From: a virus
Taxonomy: Duplodnaviria; Caudoviricetes
DNA: 57,457 bases
Direction: 5' to 3' (one strand)
IMG/VR virus record: IMGVR_UViG_3300032224_000443
Span: 1 to 57,457 of that record
Shown here: piece after piece, positions 8,573-17,294 of the stretch
Layout: each line of letters begins with the position of its first letter
Position numbering within the stretch: the stretch's first letter is position 1
The notes under the pieces: model-generated
What the model saw: only the letters and a program-made list of their open reading frames with translations
What the model was told of the DNA's origin: nothing
The model's database searches: none
Made by a program: the position numbers and the translations under genes

Positions 8573-8738
8573 TCTTTCTTTGCTCTTCTACTTCTTTTAG
8601 ATGCTTCATTAATAGTTCAACAAAAAGATCTCTTTCATAAGGATAGAAATTATTCCAATCGTCCATACTATATTTATGGTGTTGCATCATGGAGAACATA
8701 GTATTATAATAGACCGCAATATTAGAATATCCGGTCAT
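8565..8738 (-). CDS. gp51: Baseplate hub assembly protein gp51 (absent from the ORF track)
   Basis: Manual translation gives MTGYSNIAVYYNTMFSMMQHHKYSMDDWNNFYPYERDLFVELLMKHLKEVEEQRKNG* (57 aa) with the YY..F..MQHHKYS.....P.ER motif; the start overlaps the gp26 stop. Confidence 0.85.
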   Translation of the reverse strand: MTGYSNIAVYYNTMFSMMQHHKYSMDDWNNFYPYERDLFVELLMKHLKEVEEQRKNG

Positions 8739-9433
8739 TACATAAAAAAACTATTGAGACCTTTCAAAACAACTTCACTTGTTTTACCATTTTTGTTTTT
8801 TAATTTAACAGTATGCTCTAATGTTGGCATGGTATCAAAAAATTCTTTAATTTTATTCATGCTATCCATGGGCAAACTGTTAATGAATTCTTGTAATTCT
8901 GTTTCAGAAAAATCTGTGTATACAGTTTCATTATCATAAATTTTATCTACACATTTAAATAACATATCTAATATGCCATTTTCTTGATTATCAGATTCTT
9001 CAATAACTCTAATTTCATCAAGAGTAGGATAACGCATAGACAGTCCTACATCTTCATTAATAGTAAATTTATTTTTATGATCTGGATTTCTTTTAATTTC
9101 GATATCATCAAGATTTACTTTAAATTTGATAACTTCTTCTGTATCGGGATCTTTGTATTCTAGATCTACAACTTCTCCAATAGATTTAGAACGCAGTTTA
9201 ACAAACAAATATTCAATATCAAATGTGGCTAATTTATCTACATCTATTGCTTCGATAATACAATTTTGAATGATTTGTTTTACTGCGGCAATAACGTCTT
9301 CTGTTTTTTCAGAAGATTTTGCCATAAGAAGAATTTTTTCTTCTTGTACAGTAAATGGTTTAATGTTAATACTTTGTTGAGTAGAAGGAATTGTAACAGA
9401 GTATGTTGGGTGTTTAATTTTTGGTAATGCCAT
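8738..9433 (-). CDS. gp26: Baseplate hub subunit gp26
   Basis: MALPK...P.Y...IPS......PF.V.EEKILLMA, FDIEYLF.KLRSKSIGE, MRYPT, FF.TMP.L, L.GL.SFF. Confidence 0.92.
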   Translation of the reverse strand: MALPKIKHPTYSVTIPSTQQSINIKPFTVQEEKILLMAKSSEKTEDVIAAVKQIIQNCIIEAIDVDKLATFDIEYLFVKLRSKSIGEVVDLEYKDPDTEEVIKFKVNLDDIEIKRNPDHKNKFTINEDVGLSMRYPTLDEIRVIEESDNQENGILDMLFKCVDKIYDNETVYTDFSETELQEFINSLPMDSMNKIKEFFDTMPTLEHTVKLKNKNGKTSEVVLKGLNSFFM

Positions 9434-9470
9434 AATAAAATATCCTTATGTTAAAAATTATATCGCGTTT

Positions 9471-10208
9471 TCAAAACTGATTACGATTGATTGGAGTTGT
9501 TGTTTGAATTCTTTCTTGCATACTATTCAATTCTCTATCAATAAAATTGCTTGTTGATTTTAAAGCATTTGCTCTTGTTATTGAATTAGTATTGACAACA
9601 CCTTGATCTAATGTTGTTGCTGTCCATGCAGTATATGTAAACATTACTGGTATTTTTAAAAGTTGATCTTGCATGTTCCAATCCACTTGAACATCGCCTA
9701 TTGCGATTGGATATGCTTCCAATAGTTTATATACAACTATTTTGTTTTCTTTTTCAGTTTCATCTAAAACAGTTATCTGTACAGTACCATAATATTCATT
9801 AGGATATTGAAAAGTATTCATAGGAAGATTTTTAACGGATCCATTCGGATTGGTAGCATCGTTAAAAGCAAATATTGATTGCATCCAAGAATGAAAATAT
9901 TTAATTACTGAGCCATCGTTATCACTATAAAATGTTAATGGTATGTCTTGAAATATTGTTCCTGTAGGTCTTTTTTCAATATTACCATATCCGGACATTT
10001 TAATTTCATCTGACTGATATGCTATACCAGGAAGAGCTGCACTTTCACAAAGAAACGTTAATTTGCTTCCTCCATTAGTTGTATCTGGAGGACCTCTGTC
10101 TGTAGGATTTGCGCTTGGTCTGAAAATTTCGACCATGAATTTAGAAGCTTTAGTTAAACCCCCTACGGAATTTATAGCAGAAAGCATCTCATTAATTTTA
10201 AACGCCAT
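9471..10208 (-). CDS. gp54: Baseplate tail-tube initiator (gp54 / gp19-fold)
   Basis: LCESAALPG, F..WM..I, YP.EY, Y.L.EAYP..IG.V..DW, V.FTY..W motifs of the T4 tail-tube family; position next to gp2. Confidence 0.7.
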   Translation of the reverse strand: MAFKINEMLSAINSVGGLTKASKFMVEIFRPSANPTDRGPPDTTNGGSKLTFLCESAALPGIAYQSDEIKMSGYGNIEKRPTGTIFQDIPLTFYSDNDGSVIKYFHSWMQSIFAFNDATNPNGSVKNLPMNTFQYPNEYYGTVQITVLDETEKENKIVVYKLLEAYPIAIGDVQVDWNMQDQLLKIPVMFTYTAWTATTLDQGVVNTNSITRANALKSTSNFIDRELNSMQERIQTTTPINRNQF

Positions 10209-10794
10209 TTATAATATCTTTCGATTCTTTGTAAACGTAATTCTTTGATTTTTTAGCAAATCTTTCTAATGGTAAAAACATTGCAATGTCCCATTCATTA
10301 GCAGGTATTTGTAAAAATCTACTTCTAACATGACTATGTAAATATCTTTTTACACAAGGTTTAAAATATTTATATCTAGAAGCAGAATTTAATAATGCGT
10401 AAGACGCTCTTATCTTAGTTGTTTCGTTATATTTGCTATTGTTTAATAATTCATAAAGATTATCCAATAATCTTGCTCTATATACATGAGGCAAATAATG
10501 CAAATTCATAGCAAGAAAGCTATCTCCTTGATCTTCAAAAGGAAATATAAGAGGAAATCGATCGTAGTACGGTAATTCTTCTTTATATTTTGGATCATAT
10601 TGAAACAAATACATAAACCCGGGACGAACGGAATTTTTAGTATGATCTGGATTTTTATTTACTAATGATTCTACTCTTACAGATCTAACTTCACGAGCTT
10701 TATCTCTAAACCAATCACGAACATCTGGAGATCCTGGTTTAAGTTTACCTAAATTGGCTTCACCTTGTTCAAGTATTTTTGTAAATATTGCCAT
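10198..10794 (-). CDS. gp2: DNA end protector gp2
   Basis: G.MYLF.YDPK.K..LPYYDRFPLI, NLHYLP...RA.LL, KPC.KRYL..HVRS, W..A.FLP...F. Confidence 0.92.
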   Translation of the reverse strand: MAIFTKILEQGEANLGKLKPGSPDVRDWFRDKAREVRSVRVESLVNKNPDHTKNSVRPGFMYLFQYDPKYKEELPYYDRFPLIFPFEDQGDSFLAMNLHYLPHVYRARLLDNLYELLNNSKYNETTKIRASYALLNSASRYKYFKPCVKRYLHSHVRSRFLQIPANEWDIAMFLPLERFAKKSKNYVYKESKDIINGV

Positions 10795-11238
10795 TTACCT
10801 TTTGTCCAATCCTAGATCTTTTTCTGTTAGTATTTTAAATTGCCAATTTCTATCACTGCAAAATTGTTCTGCAGCTTTCCATTTAGCACTATTAACACCA
10901 TAAGTTTTAACTTCGTTAATATATCTACGAGTTATTTTTTCTTGTTTTACTGGTTCTTTACATTGAACATATGGTTTAATTTCTATTATCATAGTATTTA
11001 TCGAACTATCTTTAGTGTGTGTTTTAACCCAAAAATCAGGAAAATACCTATGGATTTTGTTATCCATAGGACTAACATAAGGTATTATTATTTCTTCAGA
11101 TGACCATTGAATTACACCAGGATGAGAATCCAAATGTCTCATAAACCTTAATTCCCATAAACTTCTGTAAATAATGTTTGTAGGATTTCCTTTGTATTTT
11201 TCAGGAAATTTTGGTTTGAATTTGCCTTTATATGCCAT
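10795..11238 (-). CDS. gp4: Head completion nuclease gp4 (TnsA-like)
   Basis: MAYKGKF.PK.PEKY.G.P.NIIYRSLWE, W.SEE..IPY.SP.D...HRYFPDF, IEIKP, N.AKW.AA, F.ILTE. Confidence 0.95.
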   Translation of the reverse strand: MAYKGKFKPKFPEKYKGNPTNIIYRSLWELRFMRHLDSHPGVIQWSSEEIIIPYVSPMDNKIHRYFPDFWVKTHTKDSSINTMIIEIKPYVQCKEPVKQEKITRRYINEVKTYGVNSAKWKAAEQFCSDRNWQFKILTEKDLGLDKR

Positions 11239-11251
11239 GTTAGATTACCAT

Positions 11252-11273
11252 TATAAATATAAAAGTATTTATA
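11252..11273. promoter_or_regulatory. Pair of crossing T4 late promoters (TATAAATA on each strand)
   Basis: TATAAATA on + at 11252-11259 points to gp48; TATTTATA at 11266-11273 (TATAAATA on -) points to gp4. Confidence 0.8.
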
Positions 11274-11288
11274 GGAGTCAAAATACAA

Positions 11289-12113
11289 ATGGTAGATACC
11301 TTTACTTTTCCTTTAGAAGTGCCCGAATTCTACACTAGAATGTCGTTAAGAAAATATGAAAGACCTTCACCAAGTTCTGCGCCGTCTCCATCTATGAAAA
11401 CATATATTAGACTTCCTATTCCTACTACTTTAACAGACACGTTCAATATGACTGTTAGCGGCAATAATATGGATCTTTTAGGAGATTTGTCAAATGCTCC
11501 TGCTCAATTAATGATAGCGGGTTCGTCTATGATAGAAGATTTTTCCAAAGCAAAAGAAAGTTCCGGTGCTTCATTACTAAAAATGGTTGGTGAAGTTGCA
11601 GCTTATACACCTGGCATATCCGATTCTAATCTCGGAAAGTATTCTCAATCACAACTTGGCGTTGTTCGTAATCCTCATTTAACAACTATTTTTGAAGGTG
11701 TTGCATTAAAAACTTATGCGTTTACTTGGAAACTATCTCCTAAATCTGCTAAAGAAGCACAAATGATAAACAGAATGATAGATTATATTAAAGCATATAT
11801 GCATCCAGAAATTATTGGTGAAGGTTTTGCTTTGGATTACCCATATCTTGCTACTGTAGATTTTGTTGTTGGTTCAGATAGCAATCCTAATCTTCCTAAT
11901 GTAAGAGATTCTTTTATTACGGGATTATCCATTAATAGCATGGGTGGTGGTACTACGGCATTTTATAGAGATGGTAATCCTGTTATTACTGAAATATCTA
12001 TGTCGTTTCAAGAAATTGATATTCAAACAAGAGCTAATTTTGCTGCTGGTGCAAGTAGTGAATCGAGGAATCTTAATCCTCCTCGAGGATATAATTCTCC
12101 TAATAATCAATAA
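11289..12113 (+). CDS. gp48: Baseplate tail-tube cap gp48
   Basis: IRLPIP..L.D, G...NPH....FEGV.LK..AF.WKL.PKS..EA..I..I, L.YP, F..G.P......F.E; AGGAG SD. Confidence 0.85.
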   Translation: MVDTFTFPLEVPEFYTRMSLRKYERPSPSSAPSPSMKTYIRLPIPTTLTDTFNMTVSGNNMDLLGDLSNAPAQLMIAGSSMIEDFSKAKESSGASLLKMVGEVAAYTPGISDSNLGKYSQSQLGVVRNPHLTTIFEGVALKTYAFTWKLSPKSAKEAQMINRMIDYIKAYMHPEIIGEGFALDYPYLATVDFVVGSDSNPNLPNVRDSFITGLSINSMGGGTTAFYRDGNPVITEISMSFQEIDIQTRANFAAGASSESRNLNPPRGYNSPNNQ

Positions 12114-12129
12114 TAATCAGAGAGTTTAA

Positions 12130-12693
12130 ATGTCATTAGTTAATTACTATCCTTATGTAACATATAATAATTCAAAAGCAGTTAATCTTTTAGTAGAAGC
12201 TGAATTAATAAAAACATATTTGAAAGATTATAATAAATTTTATACTCATGTCGTAAGAGATGGAGAACGTCCAGATACTCTTGCTTATGACATATATGGA
12301 GATTCTACTCTTGATTGGATAATACTTCTTGTCAATGGTATTGTAGATCCATATAAAGATTGGATTATGGATGAGAAACAATTTATTGCATACTTACAAA
12401 AAAAATATAATACAGCAGTTGAAAAATTAACAACTACAGCGATCACAAGTTCTATTGTTTATTACTATTATAAAGGACTTTCTTCAGATAGTGCAGAAAC
12501 AATAGCATCTTATAATTATACAATGACACCTGTAACATATGCTAAATTAGGTAATCCTGCAGGATGGGTTCCTAAAAGTATTTGGGATTATGAAAATGAA
12601 ATTAATGAATCTAAAAGAGAAATTTATATATTAAGAAATGAATTTATATCTGATTTTAAACAACAAGTAAAAGATATATTTAATAATGGCTAA
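12130..12693 (+). CDS. gp53: Baseplate wedge protein gp53 (LysM-like)
   Basis: VRDGERPDTLAY..YGDS.L.WIILL.N.I.DPY.DW ... YE..INE.KR.I.IL. Confidence 0.9.
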   Translation: MSLVNYYPYVTYNNSKAVNLLVEAELIKTYLKDYNKFYTHVVRDGERPDTLAYDIYGDSTLDWIILLVNGIVDPYKDWIMDEKQFIAYLQKKYNTAVEKLTTTAITSSIVYYYYKGLSSDSAETIASYNYTMTPVTYAKLGNPAGWVPKSIWDYENEINESKREIYILRNEFISDFKQQVKDIFNNG

Positions 12694-14104
12694 TTTAAAT
12701 CCGTTAGGTATTAAAATATCTAATATAGAAATACAAAAATTTAATGGTTCTGATAGAATGAGCATCATGCCTCAATTTATGGAACTGTCTATATATCAGT
12801 CTATGTTTGAATCTACTATTAAAGCAGAAATGTTAATTAACGATCAAATTGGCATGTTTGTTAATTATCCATTTACAGGTGAAGAATTAATAATTGTTAC
12901 TTACGATCAAATTACAAATTTAGCGTCCGGTATTGGTCCTGCAAGAACAGGTAAAGAATTAAAATTTATTATTAAAGGCGTACGAGATATAGTTCTTGGC
13001 GATAGAGCTAGATCACTCATGTACATTATTGATCTAGCTAGTCCACAATTTCTTCAAAATATGAGAAAATACGTATCACATGCTTATCATGATTTAATTG
13101 AAGATATGGCTGAAAAAATATATGATGAATATATTGCTGATGATACTACAAAAAAATATAACATATTAAGAAAACCATTCGTAAAAGAAACGTCTGTTAA
13201 AATACGTTCTATAGTTGTACCTAATATTAGACCTTTTCATTCTATTAGTTGGTTAGCAAAACATGCAGTAGCTAAAGAAAATGATAGACATTTTTTATAT
13301 CTATTCTATGAAGATTTACAACAATACAATTTTACTACTATACAAAAAATAATAGAAAATGCTATCAAAGTTAAAGAACAATTGATGCAAAAGAAATACA
13401 AATATATTTCTGACATTGAAAGTTTAAGAAAATCTTCTGCAGGTAGTGGCGATCCAAATCAAAATTTAAGAGTTATTACAAACATCGTTAATAACAAAAG
13501 ATTTTCATCTTTAGAAAAGATCTCTGGAGGTTATTATCAAAACGAATTGTTTGAAATTAATATGTTGCAAAAAGCATATGCAAGTACTGCTACTGAATTA
13601 GATAATTCAGGTAAATATGATTCTAATGTACCAACATTAGGACCATATACTTTAAATACTCCAGCATATATTAGATATGTAAAAAATGAAAAAATAGAAA
13701 AAGAATATTCAAACAGAGTACGATATATTGTTAATAATTTTCCTGATGCTGATGGTCAAGGTATGGATCAACCTACTTATAGAAGAAAATTTGGCGGTGT
13801 GACTAAATATATGTACGCATTGAATCAAATTGATTTAACTATTACAGTACCAGCTAATATGGATTTGAAAGTAGGTCAGGTAATATATTGTGATATTCCT
13901 GAACAACATGGTTTTAATATAGTTCAAACAGACAAATATATTTCAGGATTGTTTATTATATCTGAAATTAAACAAGTGCTTGCTCAAGGTAGTTTAGCTG
14001 CTACAACACTAAGAATTTATAGAGATGGTTATACTACTGGATTATTTGAAACATCTCTTTATAATCCATCTAGCACAAATGATCCTACAGGTGGTAGACG
14101 ATGA
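12686..14104 (+). CDS. Putative baseplate hub protein (gp27-like / late control D-like)
   Basis: ELSIYQSMF...D......P.TGEE ... P..RP...I.WL ... YLFYE ... ITVP....L.VG..I ... SG.FII..I; lies between gp53 and gp5. Confidence 0.6.
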   Translation: MANLNPLGIKISNIEIQKFNGSDRMSIMPQFMELSIYQSMFESTIKAEMLINDQIGMFVNYPFTGEELIIVTYDQITNLASGIGPARTGKELKFIIKGVRDIVLGDRARSLMYIIDLASPQFLQNMRKYVSHAYHDLIEDMAEKIYDEYIADDTTKKYNILRKPFVKETSVKIRSIVVPNIRPFHSISWLAKHAVAKENDRHFLYLFYEDLQQYNFTTIQKIIENAIKVKEQLMQKKYKYISDIESLRKSSAGSGDPNQNLRVITNIVNNKRFSSLEKISGGYYQNELFEINMLQKAYASTATELDNSGKYDSNVPTLGPYTLNTPAYIRYVKNEKIEKEYSNRVRYIVNNFPDADGQGMDQPTYRRKFGGVTKYMYALNQIDLTITVPANMDLKVGQVIYCDIPEQHGFNIVQTDKYISGLFIISEIKQVLAQGSLAATTLRIYRDGYTTGLFETSLYNPSSTNDPTGGRR

Positions 14105-15036
14105 ATGATGATTTTTATGGCGATAAATTTAGATGGTTTACTGGCGTTGTAAAAGACGTTGGTAGTGATAGTCGTGTAAGAGTTAGAATATTTGGTATTC
14201 ACCACACAGAAGATACTACTAAAGTTTCTGATGGAGATCTTCCATGGGCAATGGTTATGTTTCCTACAACAGGTGGACAAACATCAGGCGGCAATGCTAA
14301 TCACGGATTAGTAAATGGTACATGGGTAGTAGGATTTTTTGCTGATAACGAAGATTCACAACAACCAATTATCATAGGTGTTATCAATGGCGGACGTGGA
14401 TCTGTAAATAGTTCTTCTGGAGGACAAACTCCTTCAAATAATAATTCAAATACTACTACACCCGTAACACCTGATACTGGTGGTACTCCTACAGATCCTA
14501 CATTAGCTCCTTCTACAACACAATTAACTGGTTCTGGTAATCCTCAAAAAATGTATAATTTCTTTTGGGAAAAAATTAAAGAATCAGGAGCAGTTGGAGA
14601 AGGCGCGTCTTTAAAATGTATTTGTGCTGCTATAGTAGGTAATGCTCAAGGAGAAGCAGGAGCCAGTATAGATCCTAATGCTTCCAATGGTAATACTATT
14701 GGTATAGCACAATGGTTAGGAGATAGAAAAAAGAAATTAGGTAATTTCTGTGGTATGACTTCAGTACCTTCTAAAGGAAATGCTCCTCCATTAGAAAAAC
14801 AATTAGATTTTCTTTGGTGGGAACTTACTCAAGGTGATGAAAAACCTCATTTTAAAAAATTATTGACATCTCAAAATATAGAAGAAGCTACAGCTAATGC
14901 TATAATGTATGAGAGAGATGAATCTACATTAAAATATAAAACATATCCTGATAGAACTCATCCTGTATATCAAAACAAATTAAAATTTGCTATGAAAGCA
15001 CTTTCAACACTTTCGTATACTGGAGGTGTTTCATGA
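14101..15036 (+). CDS. gp5 N-terminal OB-fold fused to a phage tail lysozyme (Phage_lysozyme2-like) domain
   Basis: FRWFTGVV.D...RVRVRIFG.H...DLPWA...GTWVVGFF.D....QQP.I.G (Gp5_OB), a Thr/Pro linker, then AAIVGN...E...DP....GIAQW...R...QL.F...EL...YER. Confidence 0.8.
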   Translation: MNDDFYGDKFRWFTGVVKDVGSDSRVRVRIFGIHHTEDTTKVSDGDLPWAMVMFPTTGGQTSGGNANHGLVNGTWVVGFFADNEDSQQPIIIGVINGGRGSVNSSSGGQTPSNNNSNTTTPVTPDTGGTPTDPTLAPSTTQLTGSGNPQKMYNFFWEKIKESGAVGEGASLKCICAAIVGNAQGEAGASIDPNASNGNTIGIAQWLGDRKKKLGNFCGMTSVPSKGNAPPLEKQLDFLWWELTQGDEKPHFKKLLTSQNIEEATANAIMYERDESTLKYKTYPDRTHPVYQNKLKFAMKALSTLSYTGGVS

Positions 15037-15413
15037 AAAATGTATCTCCAGAAGCATTATCATATTGTAAAAATTTTACATTTTCTTTTTCTAAAACATT
15101 AAGAAATGAACCTGTTAATTTGAATGATTACTCATCTTATACATTTATTATAGATGTAGATGGTAGAGTATATCAAGGAGCTCCTGCTAACGAAAATCAA
15201 GCAACTGTTATTCTTATTGGCGGTACGACTGAATTTATACATACAAAAGCTAATTTTATACATTCAGATTATTATATTACACAACAACAAAAAGTTACTT
15301 TATATAAAGCAATGAAGTTACTTTCTACATTTACTCACTCTGCGCAAATACAGAGCGATAACGATCAGCTACAACGTTCTATTTCAGCTTTATATTTAAA
15401 TTTTTGCGGATAA
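15033..15413 (+). CDS. Degenerate amidase_2 / T7-lysozyme-like protein
   Basis: YTFIIDVDGRVYQG ... VILIGG ... TQQQ resembles the T7 lysozyme segments YHFII.RDG....GR / CLVGG / T.AQ, but the Zn-ligand His residues are not evident. Confidence 0.5.
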   Translation: MKNVSPEALSYCKNFTFSFSKTLRNEPVNLNDYSSYTFIIDVDGRVYQGAPANENQATVILIGGTTEFIHTKANFIHSDYYITQQQKVTLYKAMKLLSTFTHSAQIQSDNDQLQRSISALYLNFCG

Positions 15414-15416
15414 CAG

Positions 15417-17294
15417 ATGTCTTACGGTCCAGATTCATTTTCAACAGATCCTTTATCAGATAAAAAAATTACCAATAGAGAAGGTGATGGCATTAGCAGA
15501 TCGACTGCTCCTCAAAATATCGTTGCGAGTAATCCTGTACCTTATTATGAAGTATCCGTAAAAGATAAACCAAGTGCAGGTAGTGATCAAGTAATTACAC
15601 ATACCGGACCTGGAGCTGGTGTTTCTTCAGGTGTTGGCGATCCTAGTGACATGCAAGGATTTGTTTCTGCTACAGGAAACAAAATATTAATTGATAACAA
15701 TTTTGGATCTGATACTATTACATTACAACATCATTCTGGTGCTACTATTTTAATAGATGCTGACGGATCTATTCATATGATATCGTCTGGTAAAAAAGGC
15801 GTTGGTATGATAGCACCTAAAGGAGATGCTACTGTATATTCAAGAAACCATTTAATTCTAAAAGGCGATGGAAGAATAACTGTAGAAACAGATGGCGATT
15901 TAGATTTTAACGTTGGCGGTAATCTTGGATTTCACGTAGGTGGTGATATGATTACTTCTGTTCGTGGTTCTGCAGAAGAATCAATTGAAGGAAGTAAAGT
16001 ATTTGAAGTAGCTAAAGATATGAGCACAATGATTGCTGGCGATAATAGAATAACATCTGCTGGTAAAACACAAATACAAGCATCGCAAAGCATTAGTATA
16101 GATGCTGGTAAAGATATTACTGTAAGAACTGATACTAATTTTGAATTAGATGCACAAGGAACTATTACTAATATTTGTAAAGCAGCAATGAAACTAAGTA
16201 CACAAAATGCGTATTCGTTACTTGCTACAGGATCTGTTAGTATAGGAACTAAAGATGCGTTTACAACAATATCTACTGGTAATATGAGCTTAGAAACTAA
16301 AGCAGCGCTTACAACTAAATCAACAGGAACAACAAAAATATCAGCAACTGGAGCAGCTTCTATGCACTCTGGATCAACTGTAGATGTACTTGGTAGTGGT
16401 AAGATTCAAATTAAAGGTTCTGCAACTGATGTACAAGTTGGTGGTAGCGCTAATCCTGACTCTGCAGGAACTCCAGTTGATGCTCTCGATGCACCTTTAG
16501 CTCAATATCCTCCAGCAGATACAATTATCGATAATATCACTACAATGCGAATTGCTCCTGACTTTCCTAAAAATGCAAAGAAAATGTCTAAAGAACAATT
16601 TTCTCTTTATAAAAACGAAGGCGGAACTCCTAATCCTAAAGCTGAAGGAGCAGCATCTCCTAACTCTGGAGCAGGTATTGTTCCTGAAATAACAAGTATG
16701 GGTATGAGCTCAGATCCAGTAGCTGAAGGTTCTTATGATAAACCTGATGGTGCAGTAACTGGTACTGGTACTGGAGAAAAAAATCCAATGCCTATGCCTT
16801 CATCAATTTATAATACAAGCGAGAAAATATCCAGACACGTAACAGTTGGTATGGTATTAGGATTAAGAGATTGTCCTCCAGATCAACACAAATCAGTTCT
16901 AACAGAAGCAATGAATGTCGCTTGGAATATATTAGATCCGTTATTTGAGAAATTTGGATCTAGAGTACAAATAACAAGCTGGTATAGAACAGCTAAATCT
17001 ACATCTAAACACACAACGGGTGGTGCTGTAGACGTTAGATGTTCTAATAAAAATGATGTTACATTTACAGCAGAAATAGCAGCATATACAAGAGACAATC
17101 TTCCTTTTAGTAAGATATACTTAGAAAAGAACGAATCTCCAGGTATACATTGTCATGTTGAATCTGCACAACCAGGACAACCGGGTGGCGGCACTGTATT
17201 AACATGTGCAGATTCTGCTTGTAATAATTCACAACCAGGTATTCAGTTATCTTATGCTGTAGCTGCATTACAAGGAAGAAATTCATATGCCTAA
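15417..17294 (+). CDS. gp5 C-terminal beta-helix spike with C-terminal M15 (Zn) peptidase
   Basis: S.TG..I.IDN..G...I...H.SG....ID.DG, then V.GD/V.GN beta-helix repeats; C-terminal ISRH...NILDPL...QITSWYR...SKH..G.AVD...HCHV (about 16810-17165). Confidence 0.8.
   Translation: MSYGPDSFSTDPLSDKKITNREGDGISRSTAPQNIVASNPVPYYEVSVKDKPSAGSDQVITHTGPGAGVSSGVGDPSDMQGFVSATGNKILIDNNFGSDTITLQHHSGATILIDADGSIHMISSGKKGVGMIAPKGDATVYSRNHLILKGDGRITVETDGDLDFNVGGNLGFHVGGDMITSVRGSAEESIEGSKVFEVAKDMSTMIAGDNRITSAGKTQIQASQSISIDAGKDITVRTDTNFELDAQGTITNICKAAMKLSTQNAYSLLATGSVSIGTKDAFTTISTGNMSLETKAALTTKSTGTTKISATGAASMHSGSTVDVLGSGKIQIKGSATDVQVGGSANPDSAGTPVDALDAPLAQYPPADTIIDNITTMRIAPDFPKNAKKMSKEQFSLYKNEGGTPNPKAEGAASPNSGAGIVPEITSMGMSSDPVAEGSYDKPDGAVTGTGTGEKNPMPMPSSIYNTSEKISRHVTVGMVLGLRDCPPDQHKSVLTEAMNVAWNILDPLFEKFGSRVQITSWYRTAKSTSKHTTGGAVDVRCSNKNDVTFTAEIAAYTRDNLPFSKIYLEKNESPGIHCHVESAQPGQPGGGTVLTCADSACNNSQPGIQLSYAVAALQGRNSYA

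Noticed and set aside
8676-8939. Plus-strand 87-aa ORF and the other short shadow ORFs over long genes (e.g. 39709-40275, 48345-48749, 55739-56023, 56795-57334)
   Set aside because: They are alternative-frame or antisense by-products of biased codon use in gp26/gp51 and in the Gly-rich repeats.
10795-11238. TnsA-like nuclease as a sign of a Tn7-type transposon
   Set aside because: Sequence and synteny with gp2 identify it as T4 gp4; no transposase or terminal repeats are present.
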